From contig DPGI01000005.1 of NCBI GenBank assembly GCA_003522085.1, positions 172,868 to 236,867 on the forward strand: a DNA stretch of 64,000 bases. Direction: 5' to 3'. The notes under the pieces are model-generated. The model was not told where the DNA came from. It worked only from the letters and a program-made list of their open reading frames with translations, and searched no databases. Origin of the DNA: Clostridiales bacterium. GTDB taxonomy: Bacteria > Bacillota > Clostridia > Christensenellales > UBA1242. Each line of letters opens with the position of its first letter. Within the stretch, counting starts at the first letter, position 1. Positions 1 through 8,961 of this stretch are shown in pieces. The translations under genes and the position numbers were made by a program.

Positions 1-106
1 AAATACCCACCAGGCTGATGCAAAGAGCAATCAAACTGCCTTTGACGATTGAAAGAAACGCACCTGGGTCTTTTTTCTCTTCCAACCTTTTCGCCCTTAA
101 TTTCAT
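1..106 (-). CDS. membrane protein, N-terminal fragment (continues past window start)
   Basis: ATG at 106..104 with AAGGAGG just upstream (CCTCCTT on + at 112..118). Reads MKLRAKRLEEKKDPGAFLSIVKGSLIALCISLVGI: a basic head followed by a hydrophobic helix. Too short for the ORF track. Confidence 0.5.
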   Translation of the reverse strand, partial: MKLRAKRLEEKKDPGAFLSIVKGSLIALCISLVGI

Positions 107-236
107 ATTTGCCTCCTTGCAAAAATTTATACTTTTTTATAGAAATATCTATGCACGTTTGTCCCGCAATAGAACATGGAAAAGCACACTTTTTGCAAGA
201 CTATGGCAATAATTTAAAAATTGATTTTTTTTGCAT

Positions 237-263
237 AAAAAAAGCCGCTATAAATTAAGCGAC
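237..263 (-). terminator. rho-independent terminator after yajC
   Basis: Minus strand reads GTCGCT-TAATTTAT-AGCGGC followed by TTTTTTT. Confidence 0.6.
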
Positions 264-289
264 CTTTTATTTTAATTTTGATTTTTAAT

Positions 290-820
290 TTAATTTGCTT
301 TTTTTCTGCGAGGTTTTTTTGAAGTTTCTTCTACCGCTACAGGTTTTTCTTCGATGGCAGGTTGCACTGCAACAGTATCGCTCTCTTGTTGTGCTGTTTC
401 GCCATTTTCAATCTTTTCTTCTTTAACTTCCGCTTTTACTTCGTCTTTCTTGTCTTCTTTTTTATCGTCTTTTTTCTCGTCAGATTTTGTAACGTCTTTT
501 GCTGTTTCGATTGGTTGGTCTTTGATTACTTGATAGATTGCATATGCATCGATTGTCATATAGCTTTTATATTTTCCGCTGCCTGTTTCGATTGTAACTT
601 GTTTGCTTGTCCCGTCTTGGCGAACTTCTAAAATTGTGCCATAAACACCGCTTGTTGTGAGAACTTTATCTCCGCGTTTGAGCGAATTCGTTTGTTCGGT
701 CATGCGTTGTGTTTCTTTTTTGTTTTTTCTTGTAATCAAAATTGGATAAGCAATTACTAAAACTGCGATTAAGCAAATTAAAACAATTTGTGTTGCGTCA
801 AGCGCTAATAATAATGACAT
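290..820 (-). CDS. yajC: preprotein translocase subunit YajC with Lys/Glu-rich C-terminal extension
   Basis: N-terminal TM helix followed by LKRGDKVLTTSGVYGTILEV, the YajC core. About 70 extra K/E/D-rich residues at the C-terminus. Confidence 0.8.
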   Translation of the reverse strand: MSLLLALDATQIVLICLIAVLVIAYPILITRKNKKETQRMTEQTNSLKRGDKVLTTSGVYGTILEVRQDGTSKQVTIETGSGKYKSYMTIDAYAIYQVIKDQPIETAKDVTKSDEKKDDKKEDKKDEVKAEVKEEKIENGETAQQESDTVAVQPAIEEKPVAVEETSKKPRRKKAN

Positions 821-884
821 ATTTTTCTCCTTTAAGTTGAAATCAGTTTAACATACATTTTTTCGAAAACAAAACGATTTTTAG

Positions 885-2624
885 TTAAATTTTCTTTGTT
901 TTGATTTCTGTAAGCACTCTTTCGACAAAATCTTGCAATTTAATTCCACTTGCGTTTTCATTTCTTCTGCCACGAAGTGAGATTGTGCCGTTTGCTTGTT
1001 CGTCATCACCAAGGATGAGCGAATATGGAACTTTCATGTTGTGGGCTTCTCTGATTTTGTAGCCGATTTTTTCGTTGCGGTCATCAAGCGAAGCACGAAT
1101 GCCGTTTGCTTTTAATGTTTCAACAACTTTTGCAGCATAGTCAGCGTTGCGGTCTGTGATTGGAAGCACCCTAACCTGTTCAGGAGCAAGCCATACAGGG
1201 AAAGCGCCAGCAAAGTGTTCGATTAAAATGCCCATAAATCTGTCAATTGAACCATAAACTACGCGGTGAATCATGATTGGACGATGTTTTTGTCCGTCTT
1301 CGCCGACATATTCAAGGTCGAAACGTTGTGGAAGTTGGAAGTCAAGTTGGATTGTTCCGCATTGCCATGTTCTGCCGATTGCATCGTTGAGGTGGAAGTC
1401 GATTTTTGGGCCATAGAACGCGCCGTCACCTTCGTTGATGAGATAGTCGATGCCGAGCTCGTCAAGAGCGCCTTTGAGTGCGTTTGTTGCGTTGTCCCAA
1501 TCTTCATCGCTGCCCATACTGTTTTCTGGACGCGTTGAAAGTTCGACATGATATGTGAAGCCAAAAAGTTTGTAAACCTTGTCGATAAGTGCTACGACAT
1601 TTTTGATTTCGTCTTTGATTTGTGATGGTGTCATGAATATGTGTGCATCGTCTTGTGTAAAGCATCTAACTCTCATAAGACCGCCAAGTTCGCCCGATTT
1701 TTCATGACGATGAACAAGTCCGAGTTCGCCTATTCTTAAAGGTAAATCACGATATGAATGTGGTGAATTTTTGTAGATTAAAATTCCGCCTGGGCAGTTC
1801 ATAGGTTTAACAGCAAACAGCGTGTCGTCGATTGTTGTTGTATACATATTGTTTTTGTAGTGATCCCAGTGACCTGATGTTTCCCAAAGATGTTGTGAAA
1901 GCATGATTGGAGTCATAACTTCTTGATAGCCTGCTGCTGTGTGAAGTTGACGCCAATAATCAATGAGTTCGTTGCGGACAATCATTCCGTTTGGAAGATA
2001 GAATGGAAAGCCTGGGCCTTCTGGCGAGATCATAAAAAGTCCGAGTTCTTTGCCGAGTTTACGGTTGTCTCTTTTCTTGGCTTCTTCAAGCATTGCGATG
2101 TGTTCGTTCATTGCTTTTTTATCTTTAAAGCCATAAGCATAAACACGTTGCAACATTTTATTTTTTTCGTTTCCGCGCCAGTATGCGCCGTTTACAGCAT
2201 GAATTTTGTAAGCTGCGTTTTGAAGTGAACGTGTGCTTTCAACGTGAGGTCCGCGGCAAAGGTCGACAAAGTCGTCGCCTAAATAATAGAGTGAGATTTC
2301 TTCGCCAACAGGAAGTTCGTTGATGAGTTCGGTTTTGTATTCGTTGTTTTTGAAAAGTTCGAGTGCTTTTTCTTTTGAAACAACTTCTCTTCTAAACTCT
2401 TCACCTTTTCTTATGATTTCGTCCATTTTCTTTTCGATTGCTGCATATTGGTCTGGTGTGATTGGAGTGTCAAGGTCGATGTCATAATAAAAGCCATCTT
2501 CAATCGCTGGGCCAATTGTAAGTTTTGTTTTTGGATAAAGCGACATTATCGCTTTTGCAAGCACGTGTGCAAGCGAATGGCGCATCATGTGCAATTTTTC
2601 GTCTTTTTCAATTTGCTTTTCCAT
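885..2624 (-). CDS. thrS: threonine--tRNA ligase (lacks N-terminal TGS domain)
   Basis: 579 aa. Starts at the editing-domain HSLAHVLA motif. Class II core and anticodon-binding domain are readable. T-box leader upstream. Confidence 0.95.
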   Translation of the reverse strand: MEKQIEKDEKLHMMRHSLAHVLAKAIMSLYPKTKLTIGPAIEDGFYYDIDLDTPITPDQYAAIEKKMDEIIRKGEEFRREVVSKEKALELFKNNEYKTELINELPVGEEISLYYLGDDFVDLCRGPHVESTRSLQNAAYKIHAVNGAYWRGNEKNKMLQRVYAYGFKDKKAMNEHIAMLEEAKKRDNRKLGKELGLFMISPEGPGFPFYLPNGMIVRNELIDYWRQLHTAAGYQEVMTPIMLSQHLWETSGHWDHYKNNMYTTTIDDTLFAVKPMNCPGGILIYKNSPHSYRDLPLRIGELGLVHRHEKSGELGGLMRVRCFTQDDAHIFMTPSQIKDEIKNVVALIDKVYKLFGFTYHVELSTRPENSMGSDEDWDNATNALKGALDELGIDYLINEGDGAFYGPKIDFHLNDAIGRTWQCGTIQLDFQLPQRFDLEYVGEDGQKHRPIMIHRVVYGSIDRFMGILIEHFAGAFPVWLAPEQVRVLPITDRNADYAAKVVETLKANGIRASLDDRNEKIGYKIREAHNMKVPYSLILGDDEQANGTISLRGRRNENASGIKLQDFVERVLTEIKTKKI

Positions 2625-2639
2625 TTTTACTCCTTTTGG

Positions 2640-2860
2640 GCATTAAAAAACGCCCTTTAAAATTTTTAAAGGACGATTTGTATTAACCGTGGTTCCACCT
2701 TAATTGCGAAATTGCTTTCGCCACTCTTTTAAAATTGTTGACGTCGCTGCCAGCAGTGGTTTCTCGCGCTTCTTAACCAAAGTTTTTCACCAACCAACTT
2801 TTCTCTGTGCGTCTGCAAAGCGGATACTTGTCTGCGACTCAGTCATTAAATTTTACTTGC
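2640..2860 (-). promoter_or_regulatory. T-box leader (Thr specifier ACC) with terminator/antiterminator
   Basis: Minus strand has AGAGA and GGTGAAA stem I elements and a specifier context GAAACCA. T-box sequence AATTAAGGTGGAACCACGG is present. Terminator CGTCCTTTAAAA/TTTTAAAGGGCG followed by TTTTTT lies just before the thrS RBS. Confidence 0.85.
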
Positions 2861-2862
2861 TT

Positions 2863-2891
2863 ATTTTATCGCTTTTTATTTGCTATGTCAA
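2863..2891 (-). promoter_or_regulatory. sigma-A type promoter of thrS leader
   Basis: TTGACA-17 nt-TAAAAT on the minus strand. Confidence 0.7.
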
Positions 2892-2910
2892 CAATTTTTA
2901 CATGATTTTT

Positions 2911-3684
2911 TTATTTTATCAAAAAATCGAGGTTGTCTAGTTGCTTCACCGGCTGTGTCTGCGACGAAAACAGGATTATTCGCCTGTCAAAAATCGTTTT
3001 CAACAAGTCGGTTGCGTTGTTTTCGTTGCGATAATACATATTGATTTTTTGCGGCGAAAGGTCAATAAGCGAAGAGACCAGTGCCGATGAATTTAGCGCG
3101 CCGCTTTTGCCACCCTGCTCGCATATGTGATAGCCGTCGTCGTCTTCCACAACGTCTATTTCATCGCCGGAAATGTCAAGGTTGTCTATCAAAAATTTTA
3201 GAAGGTCAAAAAACGCGTCGCTTGAAACGAGATAATCGCGATTTTCGTTGGCTAGGCGGATAAGTTCTCCCCACTTTTCGCGAAGGCGCACAAGTTTAAA
3301 TTTGTAAAAACTTTCTAAATACAAATATTCATTAAAATTGAGCATTTTTGAAATTAAAAAATAGTCGGTTTCTTTATCAAAATTTATAAGCGCTTTTTTA
3401 AATGCTGTAAGCGACAAATTGTCTTGATTTGGAAGGAAAAGATGCTTGTTTAAATAATCCGCTTTAAATGACTGACAAATAGCAAGCGTAACAACGCGCA
3501 TGAGCACGATTTCTGCTTCTGATTTATGCTCTTGTGGCACGGCTAAAACGATTGAAATATACTCTTCGCCGTCGCTGCGAGCGACTATCGCTTTGACCGA
3601 AGCAAGTTCGGTTCGCAAGATATTAAAAATTGAAGCGGCAAGTTCGCTTTTGTTTGATTGCATATTGATCGAAAATTCCCACAT
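2911..3684 (-). CDS. YtxC-like sporulation-associated protein (hypothetical)
   Basis: 257 aa with AAGGAGCGG RBS. Sits directly upstream of thrS, as ytxC does in Bacillus. The assignment rests on this synteny only. Confidence 0.4.
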   Translation of the reverse strand: MWEFSINMQSNKSELAASIFNILRTELASVKAIVARSDGEEYISIVLAVPQEHKSEAEIVLMRVVTLAICQSFKADYLNKHLFLPNQDNLSLTAFKKALINFDKETDYFLISKMLNFNEYLYLESFYKFKLVRLREKWGELIRLANENRDYLVSSDAFFDLLKFLIDNLDISGDEIDVVEDDDGYHICEQGGKSGALNSSALVSSLIDLSPQKINMYYRNENNATDLLKTIFDRRIILFSSQTQPVKQLDNLDFLIK

Positions 3685-3791
3685 ATCCGCTCCTTACAAG
3701 CATATTCTATGCAATAGATTAAAAAATACACAGAACTATTTGTGGAAATATTGTCGAAGAAAAGTTTGGGACAAAATTAGTAGACTAGTCA

Positions 3792-3821
3792 GTATAAAAA
3801 GTGCGGAAAATGCTCATTATA
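3792..3821 (+). promoter_or_regulatory. forespore sigma-G type promoter candidate
   Basis: GTATA-18 nt-CATTATA fits the published sigma-G consensus GHATR-18-CATXHTA. Located 38 nt upstream of the small ORF. Confidence 0.4.
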
Positions 3822-3858
3822 TTTTTACAGGGAAACCTGAATTTTTGGGAGGTGAAAT

Positions 3859-3984
3859 ATGTTTGGCAAAAAAAGCGCAAGCAAATCAAAGAAAGCCACT
3901 AAAAACTGCGGTTCATCAAATAGAAACGTAGAGGCTTCAAGCGAAAGCAGATCTTCAAGCAGAACAGAAAAGAACTGCAAATAA
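3859..3984 (+). CDS. 41-aa basic Ser/Lys-rich small protein (possible minor spore protein)
   Basis: GGGAGGTG RBS 7 nt before the ATG. Reads MFGKKSASKSKKATKNCGSSNRNVEASSESRSSSRTEKNCK. A terminator follows immediately. Below the ORF-track cut-off. Confidence 0.5.
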   Translation: MFGKKSASKSKKATKNCGSSNRNVEASSESRSSSRTEKNCK

Positions 3985-3994
3985 CCTCAAAAAA

Positions 3995-4023
3995 AGAGAC
4001 TTTGATTTAAGTCTCTTTTTTTT
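3995..4023. terminator. bidirectional rho-independent terminator
   Basis: AGAGACTT-TGATTT-AAGTCTCT flanked by an A-run and a T-run. Confidence 0.75.
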
Positions 4024-4062
4024 ACTTTTTTCAAAAAATGATTTATTGCGCAAAAACTAAAA

Positions 4063-4078
4063 GCGCATGCGTATGCGC
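4063..4078 (-). terminator. hairpin/terminator after DUF1292 gene
   Basis: GCGCAT-ACGC-ATGCGC followed by TTTTAGTTTTT on the minus strand. Confidence 0.4.
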
Positions 4079-4128
4079 AAAAATACTGCATAAATTAACT
4101 AAAACAACTTAAAATTACGCTATTTTAA

Positions 4129-4512
4129 TTATTTTTTATTTGTTTTTTTAGCTTTTGCTTTTTCGTCTTCTGATTCTTCAACCAAGTTGTAATATTGGTC
4201 AAATACAGCGATTGCAATTTCTTCGTTTGTTTCTACTCTCAAAATTGCTTCGCCGTTTTCGTCTTCATCAACTTTAAATACGATTGCTTCGTCGTCAGCA
4301 ATTCCGTCAAGTTGTGTGAGTGGTTTCAAGATGCAATATAAATCTTGTTCCCCATATGGAATAACAGCAACTTGTTCGAATTTAAGTTGTCTGCCTGTTT
4401 CATCATACATATAAATTGGTGCAGTATTGTTTTCGTCAAGAAGAACGTCTAAAAGGTCAACTTTAACAATTTCTTCTTCGTCCTTTTTTGCAGTAGTCTT
4501 TTTTACAGCCAT
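4129..4512 (-). CDS. DUF1292-family protein
   Basis: 127 aa and acidic. The motif YMYDETGRQLKFEQVAVIPY and its position downstream of ruvX are typical of DUF1292. Confidence 0.65.
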   Translation of the reverse strand: MAVKKTTAKKDEEEIVKVDLLDVLLDENNTAPIYMYDETGRQLKFEQVAVIPYGEQDLYCILKPLTQLDGIADDEAIVFKVDEDENGEAILRVETNEEIAIAVFDQYYNLVEESEDEKAKAKKTNKK

Positions 4513-4516
4513 GATT

Positions 4517-4924
4517 TCACCCCTTTTTGTTTTTGTTTAGATAATTTTGCAATATGATTTCTGCCGCGACTTTGTCAAGAATAAGTTTGCGCTGTTTCCA
4601 ATTCATTTTCGCTTCTTTTAATAATTCTTCCGCTTCTAATGACGAAAAGCGCTCGTCTTCAAAATCTGTTTCGATTTCGCTTTTCTCTGAAAACTTTGTG
4701 GCAAAATCTCTTGTCCACCTTGTTTGGTCAGATTCGGTTCCATCAGCATTGAGTGGCAAGCCAAACACTACTTTTGAAACTTCTCTCTTTTTTGCAAGGC
4801 TGGTGAGATAGTCGATGTCTTTTTCTTCATTTTGCGAAACGTATACTTCGTATGCCGTAGCGATTGTTCCGCTTAAATCTGAAAAGGCAATCCCGATTCT
4901 TTTTCCGCCAAAATCTACGCCCAT
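4517..4924 (-). CDS. ruvX: Holliday junction resolvase-like RuvX/YqgF
   Basis: MGVDFGGKRIGIAFSD is a YqgF N-terminus. The track ORF extends to 4987, but that extra N-terminus looks spurious. Confidence 0.85.
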   Translation of the reverse strand: MGVDFGGKRIGIAFSDLSGTIATAYEVYVSQNEEKDIDYLTSLAKKREVSKVVFGLPLNADGTESDQTRWTRDFATKFSEKSEIETDFEDERFSSLEAEELLKEAKMNWKQRKLILDKVAAEIILQNYLNKNKKG

Positions 4925-5001
4925 GTGTCTATTGCAATTATTTCTTATCACTCTTTGATTATAACAAATTTTTTTGTCGATAGTCAAATAAAATGCTTAA
5001 A

Positions 5002-7503
5002 TTATTTGCATTCCATCAAATTTTTGCCTTCATTTATCGAAATTGGAAGCGGAACACGCAATTTAATCCAATCTTGCATGTTTGCTTTTAAAAGTTTGAT
5101 TACTTTTTCTTCTTCACCTTTTTTAACGTCGATGACAAGTTCGTCGTGGATTTGAAGGATAAGCTGAGATTGTAAATGTTGCTCTTTAAGCGCGTTGCTG
5201 ACTTTTAACATGCTCATTTTTATTATATCTGACGCCGTGCCTTGAAGCGGCATGTTCATTGCTACCCTTTCGCCAAATGTGCGAACCTGATAGTTTGACG
5301 ATTTGATTTCTGGAATATGGCGAATGCGGCCGAACTTTGTTTTTATATAGCCGTTTTCGCGAGCAAACTCGATGTTTGCGTCTGAGAAGATTTTAACATG
5401 TGGATAGCGGGCAAAATATGAGTCGATATACTCTTTTGCGCTTTTGCGCGAGACTTTGATGTTTTGTGACAAGCCATAGTCGCTGATGCCATAGATTATG
5501 CCAAAATTCACCGCTTTGGCTTCGCGACGCTGCTTTTGTGTGACATCTTCGGGAGCAACTCCAAAAATATGCGCTGCTGTGGAAGTGTGAATGTCTTCAC
5601 CGCGATTGTAAATGTCAATCAATTTTTCTTCGCCTGACATATCTGCCAGCAAGCGGAGTTCAATTTGATTGTAGTCGGCGCTGATTAGGCTTCCGCCTTC
5701 AAATTTTGAGATGAAGATTTTGCGAAGAACTTTGCCTTCTTCGTCATTTGTTGGAATGTTCTGCAAATTTGGGTCGGAACTTGATATTCTTCCCGTATTC
5801 GTGAGCGCTTGATTGAATGAAGTGTGAATAACGTCGCCACTGTCGCTTGCAATGCGCAAATAAACATCAATATAGGTTGATTTCATTTTTTGATACTTGC
5901 GATATGAAATCAATTTTTCTACGATTGGATGAGAATATTTAAGTTCGTTTAACACATCAATTCCCGTCGACTGTTTTTTGTTGTTGAAAGCGACAAGCCC
6001 AAGTTTTTCAAAAAGAATATGCGCAACTTGTTTTGGCGAGTTGATATTAAACTGCTCGCCCGCTTCGTCATAAATTTCTTGAGTGAGTTGCGTCAACTTT
6101 TCAGTTATGTCGGCATCAATTTGTTTAAGTTCGTTTACATCTATTTTAAACCCGTCTTTTTCCATCTCAAAAAGCACTTTGCAAAGTGGCAATTCAAGGT
6201 TGTAATAAAGGTTTTCAAGGTCAGATTTTTTAAGTTTGTCTTTCAGCAAAATTTCAGATGAAAAATATTCGTCACAATCGGCTGGAAGTGGCGCTGTATT
6301 CTCGCCTGCATGGACTAAATATGAAGCGAGTTTTAAGTCAAAATAGCCTTTATAATCGATGCCCAGCGATGTCAGTTTGTGAAGATCTGACTTTGCGTTG
6401 GCGGTTAAAACTGTGGTGTTTTCGTCTTCTAAAACGTTTTTTATTGCAAGCAAAAATTCGTCGAGCGATGGCTTTGACGAAAACATATCGAAAGTTTGCG
6501 AAATTTGATAGATTTCGCCGGCAGTTGTCGAAAATTCCATCTTTTCAAGGTTTAAGGCAAACTCGCCTTTTATGCTTGCTAAAAACTCGTCTATAATATC
6601 TTTTCTGTCGATTATTTTTCGGGATTTTTCTTGGATTATAAGTCCGTTTCCAAAAAGGTCAATTCGTTTTAAAAGCGAGCCAAATCCAAACTTTTTGAAA
6701 CATTCTTGAACTTTTTGCGAGAATGGAAAATCATAGCCATTATCGTTTAAATCCGCCTTTAAATCGCAATCCGTTTTGATTGTTGCAAGCTTTTTTGAAA
6801 GGAACGCCATATCTTTTCCGGCAGCAAGTTTTTCTTGCAATTTTCCGGTAATACTTGGCAGGTTTTCATAAAGATTTTCGACGTTGTCATATTCATTTAA
6901 AAGTTTTAGTGCGGTTTTTTCGCCGATGCCGGCAACGCCTGGAATATTGTCTGACGAGTCACCCATAAGCGCTTTGAGTTCGATGATTTGGTCGGGCCTT
7001 GAAATTTCAAAATTCAATTTGAGATTTGATAAATTAACTTTGTTAAGCAGTGTTACTCCTTTGATTGTAAGCCAAACTTCTGTGTCAGGCGAAATAAGTT
7101 GTAAAAGGTCTCTATCCCCTGACAAAATGATTTTTTCGCCTTCGATTGATTTTGCTGCCGTGCCGATAATGTCGTCCGCTTCGATGCCGTCTTCTTCAAT
7201 CACCAAAATTCCCATTTCTCTTAATAGGTCTTTTATAAGTGGAAATTGCGAGCGCAATTCAGGCGGTGTTTCTTTTCGCGTGCCTTTATAGTCGACATAA
7301 AGATTGTTTCTAAATGTTTTGCGAGCATGGTCAAAGGCGACGATGATTCCATCGGGCTTATCTTCGCTTATAATTTTGCAGAGAATGTTTGTAAAACCAA
7401 AAACCGCGCCAGACGCTCTTCCTTGTGGGTCAGTTAAAAAAGGAAGTGCGTAAAATGCGCGGTTTGCTAATGAATTTCCGTCTATGAGCAATATTTTTTT
7501 CAT
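5002..7503 (-). CDS. polA: DNA polymerase I
   Basis: 833 aa. 5' nuclease domain (LIDGNSLANRAFYA) plus family A polymerase motifs (DYNQIELRLLA, QIHDELV). Confidence 0.95.
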   Translation of the reverse strand: MKKILLIDGNSLANRAFYALPFLTDPQGRASGAVFGFTNILCKIISEDKPDGIIVAFDHARKTFRNNLYVDYKGTRKETPPELRSQFPLIKDLLREMGILVIEEDGIEADDIIGTAAKSIEGEKIILSGDRDLLQLISPDTEVWLTIKGVTLLNKVNLSNLKLNFEISRPDQIIELKALMGDSSDNIPGVAGIGEKTALKLLNEYDNVENLYENLPSITGKLQEKLAAGKDMAFLSKKLATIKTDCDLKADLNDNGYDFPFSQKVQECFKKFGFGSLLKRIDLFGNGLIIQEKSRKIIDRKDIIDEFLASIKGEFALNLEKMEFSTTAGEIYQISQTFDMFSSKPSLDEFLLAIKNVLEDENTTVLTANAKSDLHKLTSLGIDYKGYFDLKLASYLVHAGENTAPLPADCDEYFSSEILLKDKLKKSDLENLYYNLELPLCKVLFEMEKDGFKIDVNELKQIDADITEKLTQLTQEIYDEAGEQFNINSPKQVAHILFEKLGLVAFNNKKQSTGIDVLNELKYSHPIVEKLISYRKYQKMKSTYIDVYLRIASDSGDVIHTSFNQALTNTGRISSSDPNLQNIPTNDEEGKVLRKIFISKFEGGSLISADYNQIELRLLADMSGEEKLIDIYNRGEDIHTSTAAHIFGVAPEDVTQKQRREAKAVNFGIIYGISDYGLSQNIKVSRKSAKEYIDSYFARYPHVKIFSDANIEFARENGYIKTKFGRIRHIPEIKSSNYQVRTFGERVAMNMPLQGTASDIIKMSMLKVSNALKEQHLQSQLILQIHDELVIDVKKGEEEKVIKLLKANMQDWIKLRVPLPISINEGKNLMECK

Positions 7504-7509
7504 ACAATT

Positions 7510-7538
7510 ATTATGCTCATTTTTTTGGAATATGTCAA
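7510..7538 (-). promoter_or_regulatory. promoter placing TSS on polA ATG (leaderless)
   Basis: TTGACA-17-CATAAT, then 6 nt, then ATG. No Shine-Dalgarno sequence. Confidence 0.55.
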
Positions 7539-7549
7539 ATAAAAAGTTG

Positions 7550-7861
7550 TTATAATCCGATCATGGATTTTGCTACGCCAAACACGTTTGCAAAATAATC
7601 TGGGAATATGATGACAAACAGATAGAATATGGCGGCTAAAATTAAAAGTATAAGCAAAATTATTTTGAAAATGTTGCCAGTAAAGTTTGTTGCGGCAAAA
7701 GCAACAAGCAACAGCACTCCACCATACATTGAAATGTAATAAAGCGCCTTTCCGCCCGTTCCAAGCGCTTCAAGGTCTGGCACGCACGCAACGTAGATCA
7801 TGACTCCGATGTATGCAAGCACTGCGATTGACAAAACAAAATATATCACTTTTTTAATCAT
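7550..7861 (-). CDS. small integral membrane protein
   Basis: 103 aa with three predicted hydrophobic helices. Confidence 0.6.
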   Translation of the reverse strand: MIKKVIYFVLSIAVLAYIGVMIYVACVPDLEALGTGGKALYYISMYGGVLLLVAFAATNFTGNIFKIILLILLILAAIFYLFVIIFPDYFANVFGVAKSMIGL

Positions 7862-8961
7862 TATTCAGCCACCTTATGATTTTTCTTTTCAAATTTTAGC
7901 ACCTTTTTCTCTTCACGTAAGCGGTCTTTTTCTTCTTTACTTTCTTCTTTTTGGCGTTCTTTTTCTTCGCGCTTTTCTTCACGAATCTTCAACTTTTCTT
8001 CTTTTTCATGAAGTTTTTGTTCGGCTATTTGCTCTTTTGTGAGTTTTTGCTTTTTTACCTTCATTTTCTTGACTTTGCTTTTCTTTGTTTTGCGCTTTTT
8101 GATGGTCATTTTCTTTGAACCATCCTCAGGCATTGGCTCTAAAAGGCAATCAAGATTTTCAAACATATCCTTCCAGATACGAAGCGTTTTTCCAAAATAA
8201 AAGCCATCGGCGACACGTTCGTCCATTGTCAAGCCAACATTCATTACTTTGCCAAGTTTTAATTCTTTGTTCTTTTCAACAACGGGTGCAATTTTCTCCT
8301 TACCCATTGCTACAAACAAACTGCAAGTTCCAAAATCATATAAATGGTGATTTATGGCATCTATTTTGATCGATTTAAGATTTGTCAAAAAACAACTTGA
8401 ATGGAAGCAACTTGCATCGATAAGTTTTTTGGGAAGCATGTTGTGTCTATCCATCCAACGAATGATTTTCATTGCCAATCTAAAAAGCCAGTTTGGAAGT
8501 TTGCCAAGCGCATCTGCATCTTTTGTGGTGCCATAAACAGAGTCTTCTGATACGTTTTCGGCGATAAGCTTGTCGACATATTCTTTGATTTGTGGAAGGC
8601 TTTCTCTGCCTGTAAAATGAAATTTAAGGTCGACATCTTCTGATTCTTCGTTGAGTTTCTTTTTTACAACCATACAGATTGTGATGTCTTTGTGCTCGTA
8701 AATCACATTGTGATTGACAAAATAGTTAAGCTTTGGACGAAGATATAAAAGCCTAACAAGCGATGCCATCATAATATGTGTGTATGTGTAATTGTTTCCG
8801 AGTCGACGTTGGCGAGCAATGAATTCATCAATCGGCTCACAACGAAATTCATGCAACATATAATTTTGTGCGCCCAACCTAGTTGGCATAAAAAACGGAG
8901 CCGCTTTTGTTACAGCATCAAGTCCTTTAACCTTAACCCCATCACTTCTTTTTGAAAACAT
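7861..8961 (-). CDS. 2-oxoacid dehydrogenase E2/CAT-like acyltransferase-fold protein with K/E-rich tail
   Basis: The C-terminal core motif reads DERVADGFYFGKTL where E2 enzymes have DHRxxDG. About 85 K/E-rich residues form the tail. Confidence 0.55.
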   Translation of the reverse strand: MFSKRSDGVKVKGLDAVTKAAPFFMPTRLGAQNYMLHEFRCEPIDEFIARQRRLGNNYTYTHIMMASLVRLLYLRPKLNYFVNHNVIYEHKDITICMVVKKKLNEESEDVDLKFHFTGRESLPQIKEYVDKLIAENVSEDSVYGTTKDADALGKLPNWLFRLAMKIIRWMDRHNMLPKKLIDASCFHSSCFLTNLKSIKIDAINHHLYDFGTCSLFVAMGKEKIAPVVEKNKELKLGKVMNVGLTMDERVADGFYFGKTLRIWKDMFENLDCLLEPMPEDGSKKMTIKKRKTKKSKVKKMKVKKQKLTKEQIAEQKLHEKEEKLKIREEKREEKERQKEESKEEKDRLREEKKVLKFEKKNHKVAE

